A stretch of 64,000 nucleotides of DNA, from positions 9,408 through 73,407 of the forward strand of contig CAVQIG010000002.1 in assembly GCA_963712515.1 (NCBI GenBank). The letters are read 5' to 3'. Positions 8,940 to 19,927 of this stretch are shown piece after piece (position 1 is the stretch's first letter; each line of letters opens with the position of its first letter). The notes beneath the pieces are model-generated. The model was not told the DNA's origin. It saw nothing but the letters and a program-made list of their open reading frames with translations, and made no database searches. This DNA is from an uncultured delta proteobacterium (GTDB lineage: Bacteria > Desulfobacterota > Binatia > JACPRU01). The position numbers and the translations under genes are program-made.

Positions 8940-10387
8940 GCTTTCTGCGGAGCTCAGCGACGTCCGGCCGCATGAGCGCCGTGAGCCCCACTCCAGATTC
9001 GTTCCACTCGTAGGAGAGGAGGAGCGCCTCGAGGCGTTCGCGGCCCTCCGGCGTCTTCGCAGCCTCGCGCGGGGTGAGATTTCCGAGGGCCGGGATCTCC
9101 TCGTCGAACCAGGCTTCCCATTGGCGCCTCGCCATGGCCTTCACCTGCGCTTGCACCTCGGGGAGCGACTCGATTCGTTGACTCTCGTCTCGCCTCCGTC
9201 TGTCGCTTGCCGTTTCCCCTCGCTCGGCTCGTTCCTCGATCATCTTCTCGATGGTGCTCGTCACGGCTCGCTTGAAGACCACTCGCCCCGCGAGCCGGCG
9301 CTCGATCTCCGAGCGGATCTTCTCGGCACGCTCCCGGGAATTCACCTCGGCGGTGAGCCGCGCACCATCGATCGCGATCCGCCCGAGGGCCGTGTTCTCC
9401 ATGCCCTTGTGCAACTTGTTTCCCGCTCGGAGCCAATTGAACGAGATGGCGCGAAGCTCGTGTCCCTCGCCGTAGCGAGCTTCGGAGAGAAGCTCTTCCT
9501 CCGTGGCTCCCACGGCCAGGGTCTCTAGGGCTTCGAACGCCTCGCGCGGTGACGCCGAGAGATCGAAGTACATCTTCGTGGGGACGAGCGCATCTCCGTC
9601 GGTGTTCGCGAGCTTCGGGAGCCGGGGGTGCAACATCTCGTCTTCGATTTCGAGATAGAGCTCGCGGATCTCGCCTTCGAACTCGCGGAGGTGCTCCAGG
9701 GTGAGCGCCCGTCCCTGATCGACGAGCTGCTCGCGAAGGTCGATGATCCTGCCCCGGTGAATCGGCGGGATCTCGAACGGCGAACAACCGTGGATGATCG
9801 ATGGGCCGTCGAGCGTGAGGACCCTCGCGTAGAGGATCGATCCGCGCCGTACCGTCTCGCTCGCCGAGCGATCGATCACCGAGACTTCCCGGTGCGTCAG
9901 GATGTCCGAGAGACGGAGACCTCTGCCGGGCTCGACCGCGAGAGTCGAGTAGAAAGAGAACCGACAACCGGACGCTGCGAGAACGAAGCGCTTCTCGAAG
10001 TCGTCGAGCTTCACTCGCGGGTCCTCGAGGTAGGCGAGAGCGGGAGGCTCTTGGCGGCAAGCGTCGAGCCTTCGCTTCAGGCTCGCCCGGATCGGGACTC
10101 CAGATGAAGAGAAACCAGGGAACGAAGGTGGTCGGAAAGTCCGGATGATCTCTCGGAGCTACGTCGACTTTCAGACCGAGGAGAAATTCCTCCCAGGCGG
10201 CCTCGAGCAAGCCTTCGCCATATCGATCCAGCGCGTAGCGAAAAAGCTCGCCGGCAAACCGGTCATCCGCGCGCCGCAAGCGCCGCCACTCGAGATCCGT
10301 TGCTTCCTCGCGTACGAGGCAGCAGTGCTTGTACTTCTTCCCGCTGCCGCACGGGCAGGGATCGTTGCGGCCGATCTTTCTTCTCAA
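8940..10387 (-). CDS. SEC-C motif (SecA C-terminal metal-binding domain) protein, one apparent frameshift near 10090
   Basis: N-terminus RNDPCPCGSGKKYKHCC; body continues in second frame (ORF 8389..10014) with protein-like sequence to ~8940; true 3' end uncertain. Confidence 0.5.
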
Positions 10388-10544
10388 GAGACCACTCGCT
10401 TCGCGAGAGGGGTGCGATCGTAGGGGAAGGAGCGGATCTTGCGAGCCCTACATGACGGGTCGAGGAGCAGCGGCTCGAGGGCCACGTCGGCCGATGAAGA
10501 TCCTCCTTCTCGTCCGCCGCGACGTCGGTTAAAAGTCGCCCACC

Positions 10545-13280
10545 ATGAATGACACGACCCGAAGCCTCGTCGTGAGACCCGCAAGACAGCTGATGCCGCC
10601 GCCTCCCCCCGACGCTCCGCGCGGGGACGACGCCGACACCGAAGGCGCGCGGGTGCTCCGCTCGCTCGCGCACCGCAAGACCGGCCGCATCCCGGTCGAT
10701 CTCGTGGTCCGCCACGTGATCGCAGTGACCGCGGACGCCGACTGGCCCGTTCGCCGCGCGGCGATGGAAGCGCTGCTGCGCCGCCTCGACTTCGCCGAGC
10801 GCGACCGGCTGCACGTGGCATCGCGACCCCCCGAAGGCAGGCTGCTCGGGAGCTACACGACGCGCAGCAGGGCGCGCGGCAGCCGGCCCTACCGGAGCCT
10901 CCTCGGAAGCGTCGAGCCTTTGCGCGGAAGCTGCGACTGCGCCGACTTCCTGCGCGGCTCCCTCGGCCTCTGCAAGCACTTGCTGACGGTCCTCGAAGAC
11001 GTCGCGGCTCGGGATCAGGCGCTGCGGCGAGCGGCCCTCGAGAAAGATCCGGGGAGCGCGGGGGCCGCGACGATCGCGTGGGATCCGATCCGTCCCCTCA
11101 CAGGGGCCGGTGATTGGCTCGATCGCCTCGAGATCCGCGCGGGCGACGCGCCGTTCGACGCGTCCCTCGCTCTGCGGCGGCTCGCGCGGCAAGGGTTCCG
11201 CCGGAATCGGAACGGTCTGTGGCTTCTCCAGGGCGGGGGCCTGCAGGAGCCTGCCAAGCGTCTCGCGCTCGTCCGCTCGCTGCTCGCGCTGGCCGAGGGA
11301 GGCCAGCGCTCGGGCCGGTCCGCGGATGTCGTCGTGGAGCCCGCCGTCCGCGCCCTCCTCGAGGCCGAGCGGACCCGCCTCGAGCTCGTGACCGCCAACC
11401 TCGCCGGCGTCGGCCGACTGCGCGCCGCGCTCTCGACGCTCGAGCGGCGGCTTTATCCTTATCAGATGGAAGGCGTCGATAGGTTCCTGGGAGCGGGCCG
11501 CCTGCTTCTCGCCGACGACATGGGCCTCGGTAAGACGGCGCAGGCGATCGCCGTTTGCCACGCCCTCTTCAGGGCCGGGCGAGGTCGAGCGCGGGCTGCT
11601 GATCGTGCCCGCCAGCCTGAAGCCCCAGTGGCTCCGCGAGTGGCAGCTCTTCACGAGCACGCCGATCGCCGTCGTCGAGGGTCCACCCGAAGATCGCCGT
11701 CGCGCCTACCGGTGCTCTGCATCGGGGTTTCCTGCTCGTCAACTACGAGCAGGTGCTTCGCGACCTCGACATGATGCACGCCTTCGGCCCCGGTATCGTG
11801 GTCCTCGACGAGGCGCAGCGCATCAAGAACTGGGCGACGCGCACCGCCGCGGCGGTGAAGACGCCTCAAGCCTCGCTATCGTCTGGTGCTGACCGGAACG
11901 CCGATGGAGAACCGCCTCGAGGAGCTGGCCTCGCTCCTCGACTTCGTCGACGACACGGCGCTCGAGCCCAAGTGGCGACTCGCGCCCTGGCACTCGCGCA
12001 CCGCCGACGGCAAGCGGGAAGTCGTCGGCGCGAGGAACCTCGACACCCTGCGCACGCGCCTCGCGCACTGCATGCTTCGCCGCGTCGCGCAGCGGAGGTG
12101 CTGAAGCAGCTTCCGCCGCGCACCGACACGCGCGTGCCGGTCGAGATCACCGACGCACAGCGCGACGAGCACGACGCGCTGCAACCAGCCGATCGCGCAG
12201 CTCGTCTGCGATCGCCAGCCGACGCCCGCTGACGCAGGCTGAGTTCCTGAGACTGATGCAGCTGCTCACCACGCAGCGGATCATCGCCAACGGCCTCGCG
12301 CAGTTCCAGTTCGAGAGGGTCTGGGACGGGATCTCGCGCGTGCGCCGGCCCGACGAGGCGCTGCTCGCGAGCCTGTCCAGCGCCGAAGCTCCTCGGAGCT
12401 CCGCCAGATCGTCGCGCAGGTCGCGGTCGAGCAGGAGCGCAAGATCGTCGTCTTCAGCCAGTGGCGGCGGATGCTGCGGCTCGCGCGACTGGGCCGTGCG
12501 CGGACCTCCTCGCCGACGCCGGGCTGCGCGCCGTGTTCTTCACCGGTGAGGAGAGGCAACGGCAGCGCACGCGCAACATCGTCGACTTCCACGACGATCC
12601 GAGCGCGCGGGTGCTGTTCGCCACCGACGCCGGCGGCGTGGGCCTCAATCTGCAGCGGGCGGCGAGCTGCTGCGTCAACCTGGAGCTGCCGTGGAACCCG
12701 GCCGTGCTCGAGCAGCGCATCGGGCGCATCTACCGGCTCGGCCAGAAGCGCCCGATCGACGTCTACAACCTCGTCACCGAGGCGAGCATCGAGGAGCGGA
12801 TCGCAGGCTCTGGTCGCGGGCAAGAAGGCGCTCTTCAACGGCCTCTTCGACGGCGCGAGCGACGAGGTCCGCTTCGATCGGGCCGGTTCGTTCCTCGGCC
12901 AGCTCGCGAAGGTCGTCGAGCCCACACCTGGCGCTGTCCCGGTGCGCGAGGCGGAGCCCGACGCAGCGATCGACGAATCGGCGGACTCGGAGCTCGAGAA
13001 GGCGATCGACTTCAGCGATCGAGTCGAGAGCGCGCTCACCGAGAAGGGTTCAGGAGTCGCCGCGGCGACGCCGGAGCGCGAACCCACGGTCGAGCGAGAG
13101 CCGGCGGCCATCTCGGCCCGCCGCATCGAGGCGCTGTTCGCTGGCGTCAAAGTCCGCGCGAGGGCGGATCGCGGCGTGGTGATCGAAGCGGACCCGGAGG
13201 CGGCCTCCGCACTGGTCTCGATCTTCCAGGGGATGGCGGGCCTGCTCAGCACTTTCCAGCAGGAGGCTGCCGGAAGATAG
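10545..13280 (+). pseudogene. SWIM zinc finger + SNF2-family helicase, fragmented by at least 6 frameshifts
   Basis: SWIM CDCADFLRGSLGLCKHLL; helicase motif I LLADDMGLGKTAQAIAV; motif II VVLDEAQRIKN; motif III LVLTGTPMENRLEEL; helicase-C motifs VLFATDAGGVGLNLQ and NPAVLEQRIGRIYRLGQKRPIDVYNLV, each in a different reading frame. Confidence 0.7.
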
Positions 13281-13525
13281 CCGTCGCGAAGGGTCCTCGC
13301 TCAATACGCTCCTGCCTCGCGATGTTCAGCGTACGTAGTGCTCGAACAGCCAGCGACCGGCGGTGGCTCTCGGATTTACGTCGGGCCGCCGCCGAGCTCG
13401 ATTCAGCTTGGCGCCGCGCGGGAGCCGGCTCGATGATGCGCCTAGCAACCTTCGATTTGCTCTGCCGCGGCTTTTAGTCCAAGAGGGCAACGGCAACTCA
13501 CCTCGTACTTACCACCTGGGAGCGT

Positions 13526-15339
13526 ATGGACGCGAAGTCTCAACTGAGTCGTCGTGCGATCGCGGGCGCGCTAGCGACGTTGACTCTCTGCACGGGATGC
13601 TCCACGAAGAGCGCTGTTCCCGCTCCGACGGCCGCCGTCACACCCGCGGAGCCGGCGAAGGAACAGCCCGCCGAGATCCAACTGCCCCCGCTGCCCACGC
13701 ACTGGAAGGCCGAGAAGCCGGTCGGCACGTCCGCCGGCCCGGTCACCGCGGAGATGCTGACCGCCGCCACGAGCTCGCCCGACCGTTGGATCCAGTACGG
13801 CGGAAACTACCGAAACTTCCGCCACTCGCCGCTCAAGAACCTCACCCCCGAGAGCGCCAAGAAGCTCGCGGTCGCGTGGGCGTTCCCGACCGGCACGACG
13901 GGGCAGTTCGAGGCCTCGCCGGTCGTATACGGCGGCGTGATGTACGTGACCTCGTCGTACAACCGGCTGTTCGCGCTCGACGCGACGAGCGGCAAGCTGC
14001 TCTGGCGCTACGACCACAAGAACGCGGAGAACCTGCGGCTCTGCTGCGGCCCGCCCAATCGCGGCGTCGGCATCGCGGGCGACCTCGTGATCATGGGCAC
14101 GCTCGACGCGCACCTGATCGCGTTCGACCGCAAGACCGGCGAGATCGTCTGGAAAACCGAAGTCGCGGACTACAAGGGCGGCTTCAGCCTCACCTCCGCG
14201 CCGCTCGTCGTCGGCGAGCTCGCCATCATCGGCGTGGCCGGCGGCGAGTACGGCGTGCGCGGCTTCTTCGACGCCTACGACGTCAGGACCGGCAAGCTCG
14301 CGTGGCGCCACTACACGATACCGGCCAAGGGCGAGCCCGGCGCGGAGACGTGGTCCGGCGACTCGTACGAGCGCGGCGGCGCGCCGGCGTGGACCACCGG
14401 CGCCTACGACCCCGAGACCGACACGCTGTACTGGACGACCGGCAATCCCGTCGCCCGACTGGGACGGCGACGTCCGCGCCGGCGACAACCTGTACTCGGA
14501 CTCGCTGCTCGCGCTCGACCCGAAGACCGGCGCGCTGAAGTGGTATTTCCAGTTCACGCCGCACGACGTCTGGGACTACGACGGCAACACGCAGATCTTC
14601 CTGGTCGACACCAAGTACGACGGCAAGCCGCGCAAGCTGATCGTGCAGGCGAACCGCAACGGCTTCTTCTACGTGCTCGACCGCACCGACGGGACGTTCC
14701 TGCGCGCCACGCCCTACCTCGAGCAGGTGAACTGGGCGACGATCGACGACAAGGGCCGGCCCGCGCGTGAACCCCGACGCGGTGCCGAAGGAGGACGCGA
14801 AGTTCCGCACCTGCCCCAGCAACCTCGGCGGCATGAACGGCTCGTTCACCGGAGCGTTCGACCCCGACCTCGGGCTCGCGTTCATCCCGTCGACCGAGGC
14901 CTGTCAGGTGTTCGCGAAGGGCATCAGCGCGTTCAAGGAAGGCCTGCCGTATCTCGGCGGCCTGCCGGACACCGTCGACGCGACGGCGGGCAAGGCGTAC
15001 GGAAACATGACCGCGATCGACGTGGCGACGGGCAAGGTCAAATGGCGCTACCGCGACGAGCGCCCGATGATGGGCGGCACGCTCAGCACTGCCGGCGGCG
15101 TGGTGTTCAGCGGGAACCTCGAAGGCGAGGTGCTCGCGCTCGACGCCAAGACCGGCAAGGTCGTGTGGCGCTTCCGCGCGGGCGGGGGCGTGCGCAGCCA
15201 ACCCATCGCCTACCAGCTGGACGGGCGCACGTACGTCGCGGTCCCGACCGGCAGCTTCAGCACGCTCGACTCGTTCGCGGCGGGCGTCAGCAAGGTTCCC
15301 GAAGGGGGCACGTTGTTCGTTTTCGCCCTTCCGCAGTGA
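13526..15339 (+). CDS. PQQ-dependent alcohol/methanol dehydrogenase family (8-bladed propeller), two apparent frameshifts (~14455, ~14765)
   Basis: Signal peptide + lipobox-like LTLCTGC; vicinal CC (LRLCCGPPNRG); W-motif repeats; catalytic-region DVWDYDGN (Asp-Tyr-Asp) as in lanthanide-dependent XoxF/ExaF/PedH types; C-terminal part in ORF 14767..15339. Confidence 0.75.
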
Positions 15340-15357
15340 GTCCCGTCAGTGTGCGGA

Positions 15358-15752
15358 AGGTCTGCGCTCCGATCTTCTTGAGCGGGCTGCTCGCTTGCGC
15401 CGGCCCGAAGAGCCTGTCACCGGCGCCGCCCGCGGAGTCTCTCGCAGCTCGCTTCGCGCGTGACCCGGCTGCCGTCGAGCGCGGCCGACGGATCTTCATC
15501 GGCACGTGCGGGGCCTACTGCCATTCCACGCACGACGTCCAGCGCGACGCGCCCTGGCTCTTCGGCTGCGAGTGGAAGCACGGCGGGTCCGACGATGAGA
15601 TCTTCCGCTCGATATCCGCGGGCGTCCCCGGCACGCGAATGCCTGCGTGGGGCGGTGCTCTGCCCCAGGGAGACGACGACATCTGGCGTGTGATCGCGTA
15701 CCTGCGCTCGGCTTCGACTTGTAAGATGCAGCGGGCCGCGCCCGCGCAGTGA
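15358..15752 (+). CDS. small c-type cytochrome (lipoprotein-like N-terminus)
   Basis: CGAYCHS CxxCH haem-binding motif; LSGLLAC lipobox; immediately downstream of the PQQ dehydrogenase (XoxG/cytochrome cL-like arrangement). Confidence 0.55.
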
Positions 15753-15803
15753 TTCTCATTTGCGCCGCTTTTTGCCAACGGGAGCTCTATCGGGAGGAAC
15801 CCC

Positions 15804-16871
15804 ATGATCAAGCCCTACAGCGCTGTCGGCCTCATCCCGACCGTGCGCGGCATCCACAAGCGCAAGGACATCATGATCAACCTCGAGCACCTGTCGCACC
15901 TGGTGAAAGCCGCCGCCTGGCTGTCCAGCCTCGATTTGCCGGTGCGCCTGATAGCCTTCCCCGAGGGCGCGCTGCAGGGATTCAACGACGAGGTGCTCGA
16001 TCTCGATCACGTGCAGTTTGCGCGCGAAGGCGCGATCGACATTCCGGGCGAGGAGACCGAGTACCTGGGGAAGATCGCCCGGGAGTATGGCGCGTTCGTC
16101 ATGGCACAGGCCAAGGCGCGCCATCCTGATCTCAACGACCGCTTCTTCAACGTCGGGTTCATCCTCGACCCCAAGGGCAAGCTGATCCTGCAGCACTACA
16201 AGGTCTCGCCGCTGTTTCCCGTCGAGCACTCGGTCTGCCCGCACGACGTCTACGACTGGTGGGTGGAGAAGTACGGGCGCAACCTGCAGGCGTTCTGGCC
16301 GGTGGTCGACACGGACATCGGACGGCTCGGCATCATGATGGCCAACGAGGGCTCCTATCCGGAGAACGCGCGCGCGCTGGCCATGAACGGCGCCGAGGTG
16401 GTCTATCGCGCCTCTTACCCACACCCGGGCACCGGCAACGAATTGTTCGAGATCCAGAGCCGCGCCCGAGCGCTGGACAACAACATGTACGTCGTGGCGC
16501 CCAACATGGGAACCTATTACCTGTTCCCCGAGGAAAGCACGCCCATCGACACCTTTGGCGGACGCTCCTTCATCATCAACTACAAGGGGCAGATCGTCGG
16601 GCGTCAGGATTACGGCGCCGGGTCGACTTACGTGAGCGGGGTGATCGACGTCGAGGCGCTACGCGACCACCGGGCTCGCGCGCAGTGGGACAACTGGATG
16701 AAGGACCTGCGCACCGAGCTGTACCAGATCCTGTACGAGCAGCCCATCTACCCGAAGAACTTGTACCTCGACCGCGCGCCAATGAAGCATGCGGAGTACC
16801 GTGAGAAGGTGATCGAGACGCAGATCGAGCTGATGCACAAGCGCGGGATCTGGAAGAAGCCGCAGCGCTGA
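15804..16871 (+). CDS. carbon-nitrogen hydrolase (nitrilase superfamily) amidase/formamidase-like
   Basis: 355 aa intact ORF; IAFPEGALQGF (catalytic Glu), ...MMANEGSYPE..., nitrilase-superfamily architecture. Confidence 0.7.
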   Translation: MIKPYSAVGLIPTVRGIHKRKDIMINLEHLSHLVKAAAWLSSLDLPVRLIAFPEGALQGFNDEVLDLDHVQFAREGAIDIPGEETEYLGKIAREYGAFVMAQAKARHPDLNDRFFNVGFILDPKGKLILQHYKVSPLFPVEHSVCPHDVYDWWVEKYGRNLQAFWPVVDTDIGRLGIMMANEGSYPENARALAMNGAEVVYRASYPHPGTGNELFEIQSRARALDNNMYVVAPNMGTYYLFPEESTPIDTFGGRSFIINYKGQIVGRQDYGAGSTYVSGVIDVEALRDHRARAQWDNWMKDLRTELYQILYEQPIYPKNLYLDRAPMKHAEYREKVIETQIELMHKRGIWKKPQR

Positions 16872-17014
16872 GCGGTCCATTTCGCTTCCTGCTTCGCTCC
16901 GACATTTGGTCCGTGATCTGAAACGCGTCGGGGGGCAGAGAGGGGGGATTCGTGCTAGGGTCTGAGACCGTCGGCTATGTAGCCTTCGGCCGTTTGCAGT
17001 AGTAGGGTTTCGCC

Positions 17015-18868
17015 ATGAGCGGCGGTCACCGCGCCTCCCCCACCCAGGGCCGATCGTCGCGGCCGGACGACCCTCCCACCAGCGGGAAGCTCCGCCTGGT
17101 GAGGCTGCTCCTAGGTCCGTACCGAATCTGGCTGCTCGTCATCCTCCTCGCCATGCTCCTCCAGACGGCGATGAGCATCGCGGCTCCCTGGCCGCTGAAG
17201 ATCATCCTCGACAACGTGGTGGGCACCCACAAGCCGCCCGAATGGCTGACGGCCCTCCACATCTCGGCGCTGCGCGGCAGCAAGATGGAGCTGGCCGCGG
17301 TGGCGGCGCTCGGCACGCTGCTCATGGCCGTGGTGGGCGCGGTCTCGAGCTACGTCGAGAACTATTACACCGAGAGCATCGCCCAGTGGGTGGCGTACGA
17401 TCTGCGCAACCGCGTGTACGACCATCTCCAGCGCCTGTCGCTCGCATACTACGACAGCCACAAGCTCGGCACGATCCTGTCCACCATCATCGACGACGTG
17501 AAGACGATCCAGGGCTTCGCCTCGTCGGGGACGCTCGGCATCCTGGTCGACCTACTTACCATTCTCGGCATGCTCGGCATCATGTTCTGGCTCAACTGGG
17601 ACTTCGCCCTGGCGGCCGTGGCGGTGACGCCGTTCCTGCTGCTGTTCGTGGCGCGCTTCAACCGCGCGGTGAAGCGGGCGACGCACGAGGTGCGCCGCCA
17701 CCAGAGCGACATCATGGCCGTGGTGCAGCAAGGCCTGGAGTCGGCGCGCGTGGTGCAAGCATTCGGCGCCGAAGCCCTCGAGCAGAGGCACTTGAAGGAA
17801 GCCGGCCGGGCGACGGTCGACGCCGCGCTCGCGGCCCGGCGCGTGAAGTCTCTCCTCTCGCCCGCCGTCTCCGTCACCGTAGCCCTCTGCACGGGGTTCG
17901 TGCTCTATCGCGGCACCGCGCTGATCCTGGCTGACGCCATGACGGTGGGCGACCTGACCGTGTTCCTCGCCTACCTCAGCAAGTTCTTCAAGCCGGTTCA
18001 GGATCTCGCCAAGATGAGCAACTCGATCGCCCAAACCGCGGTGGCGATCGAGCGCATCCAGACGATCCTCGATGCCGACATGGTCGTGCCCGAGCGCCCC
18101 GACGCTCGCGAGCCCGGCTCGATCAAGGGTGAGATCGTGTTCGACCACGTCGCCTTCGCCTACGATCCGAAGGAACCCGTGCTCAAGGACGTGAGCTTCC
18201 GCATCGCGCCTGGTCAGTCGGTCGGCGTCGTCGGCACCACGGGAGGCGGCAAATCCACCGTCGTGAGCCTGATCCCCCGCTTCTACGACCCGACCGCCGG
18301 CAGTGTGACGATCGATGGGATCGAGGTGCGCGACTATCGGCTCCACGGGCTGCGCGGCTCGATCGGCTTCGTGCTCCAGGACACGGTGCTGTTCCGGGGC
18401 ACGGTGCGCGACAACATCGCCTACGGGCGGCCGTCGGCCACCCACGAGGAGATCACCGAAGCCGCCAAGCTCGCCAACGCCGACGAGTTCATCGTGCGCA
18501 TGGCGAACGGCTACGACACCCTGGTGGGCGACCGCGGCCTCACGCTGTCGGGCGGCCAGCGCCAGCGCATCGGTATCGCGCGCGCCATCATACGCCAGAC
18601 CCCCATCCTGATCCTCGACGAGCCCACGGCCGCGCTCGACACCGAGTCGGAGAAGCTGGTAATCGATGCCCTGGAGCGGCTGATGAAGGGTCGCACGGTG
18701 ATCACCATCGCGCACCGGTTGAGCACCATTCGCCGTGCCGACAAGATCATCGTCCTGAAGGACGGCCTCGTGGCGGAGCAAGGCACCCACGACGAGCTGC
18801 TGGCTCTCAACGGCGTGTATGCCGAGCTCCATCACGCCCAGGCCGAGCCCGCCGCGCGGCAGGCGTGA
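17015..18868 (+). CDS. ABC exporter, fused permease-ATPase (MsbA/type I exporter-like)
   Basis: Six-helix TM domain followed by Walker A GTTGGGKSTV, signature LSGGQRQRIGIARA, Walker B ILILDEPT; 617 aa intact. Confidence 0.85.
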   Translation: MSGGHRASPTQGRSSRPDDPPTSGKLRLVRLLLGPYRIWLLVILLAMLLQTAMSIAAPWPLKIILDNVVGTHKPPEWLTALHISALRGSKMELAAVAALGTLLMAVVGAVSSYVENYYTESIAQWVAYDLRNRVYDHLQRLSLAYYDSHKLGTILSTIIDDVKTIQGFASSGTLGILVDLLTILGMLGIMFWLNWDFALAAVAVTPFLLLFVARFNRAVKRATHEVRRHQSDIMAVVQQGLESARVVQAFGAEALEQRHLKEAGRATVDAALAARRVKSLLSPAVSVTVALCTGFVLYRGTALILADAMTVGDLTVFLAYLSKFFKPVQDLAKMSNSIAQTAVAIERIQTILDADMVVPERPDAREPGSIKGEIVFDHVAFAYDPKEPVLKDVSFRIAPGQSVGVVGTTGGGKSTVVSLIPRFYDPTAGSVTIDGIEVRDYRLHGLRGSIGFVLQDTVLFRGTVRDNIAYGRPSATHEEITEAAKLANADEFIVRMANGYDTLVGDRGLTLSGGQRQRIGIARAIIRQTPILILDEPTAALDTESEKLVIDALERLMKGRTVITIAHRLSTIRRADKIIVLKDGLVAEQGTHDELLALNGVYAELHHAQAEPAARQA

Positions 18869-18896
18869 TGGCTCACCGATAGCGCATGGAGCACCC

Positions 18897-19913
18897 ATGT
18901 CCCGCTCGCTGATCGTTCTCCCCGACGACACCGCCAAGCCGATTCTCTCCGCCGTCGCCTCGGCGAAGAAATCGCTGCGCATCAAGATGTTCGTGTTCTC
19001 GGACCCCACGCTGATCGCCGCCGTCATCGCGGCGCACCAGCGCGGCGTCGAGGTGCGGGTGATGCTCAATCCGGCCCGTCGGGACGGAGAGCACGAGAAC
19101 GAGGGAACCCGCAAGAAGCTCGCCCGCGCCGGCGTCGCCGTGATCGACAGCAATCCCGCGTTCGATGTCACGCACGAGAAGTCGATGCTGGTCGACGACG
19201 ACACCGCCCTCGTCAAGTCGCTCAACTGGGAGACCAGGAACCTCACCGAGACGCGCGACTACGCGGTGATGACGGCGCACCGCCACGAGGTGGACGAGAT
19301 AGCCGAGTGCTTCGAGGCAGACTGGCACCGAAAGCACTTCGATCCGGGCGAGCAAGCGCATCTGGTCTGGTGCAACTTGAACGGCCGCAACCGCATCGCG
19401 CAGTTCATCGACCGTGCCAAGGAGTCGCTCTTCCTCCAGAACGAGCGCTACCAAGACGAGGTCATCATCGAACGCCTGGTGCGGGCCGCGTCCAGGGGTG
19501 TGAAGATCCACGTGCTGGCGCGCCCTGCCCACGCGCTCAAGAAGGGCAAGCTGATCGAAGGCGTCGAGGGACTGCGCATCCTCTGGGACGTGGGCGCCAA
19601 GGTCCACAAGCTGAAGGGGCTGAAGCTGCATGCCAAGATGATGCTGGCCGACGGCGAGCGCGCGATCATCGGCTCGATCAATCTCGCGCCAGGAAGCTTC
19701 GACAGCCGGCGCGAGCTAGCCATCGAGGTCGACGACGAGCACGTGGTGAACCGCCTCCGTCACGTCGCCGAGCACGACTGGAAGCATTCGCGTCCGCTCG
19801 ATCTCAGCGATGAAGGGCTGCTCACCGACCTCGAGAGCGAGGGCGGCGAGGCCGCGGAGATCCTTGCGCTGGACGCCGAGGCCGGGAAGAAGCCCAAAAG
19901 GCACAAGCACTGA
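18897..19913 (+). CDS. phospholipase D-like (two HKD motifs) protein
   Basis: HEKSMLVDD and LHAKMMLADGERAIIGSINL HxK(x)4D motifs; start chosen at MSRSLIVLPDD. Confidence 0.7.
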   Translation: MSRSLIVLPDDTAKPILSAVASAKKSLRIKMFVFSDPTLIAAVIAAHQRGVEVRVMLNPARRDGEHENEGTRKKLARAGVAVIDSNPAFDVTHEKSMLVDDDTALVKSLNWETRNLTETRDYAVMTAHRHEVDEIAECFEADWHRKHFDPGEQAHLVWCNLNGRNRIAQFIDRAKESLFLQNERYQDEVIIERLVRAASRGVKIHVLARPAHALKKGKLIEGVEGLRILWDVGAKVHKLKGLKLHAKMMLADGERAIIGSINLAPGSFDSRRELAIEVDDEHVVNRLRHVAEHDWKHSRPLDLSDEGLLTDLESEGGEAAEILALDAEAGKKPKRHKH

Positions 19914-19927
19914 GTTCCTGAAGTCGA

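Noticed and set aside
8389-8950. C-terminal 180 aa of ORF 8389..10014 (Arg/Ser/Pro-rich tail)
   Set aside because: It overlaps the zinc-ribbon fragment and cyclase-gene tail on the other strand and lacks protein-like composition. The real SEC-C-family gene probably ends near 8940.
10263-11660. Long antisense ORFs (e.g. 10263..11660-, 12281..13252-, 13571..14557-, 15756..16424-, 17552..19246-, 22533..23645-, 22990..24378-, 31064..32191-, 35328..36770-, 50126..51064+)
   Set aside because: They overlap well-supported genes on the opposite strand and are Arg/Ala/Pro/Gly-rich with no motifs. They are typical spurious open frames of high-GC DNA.
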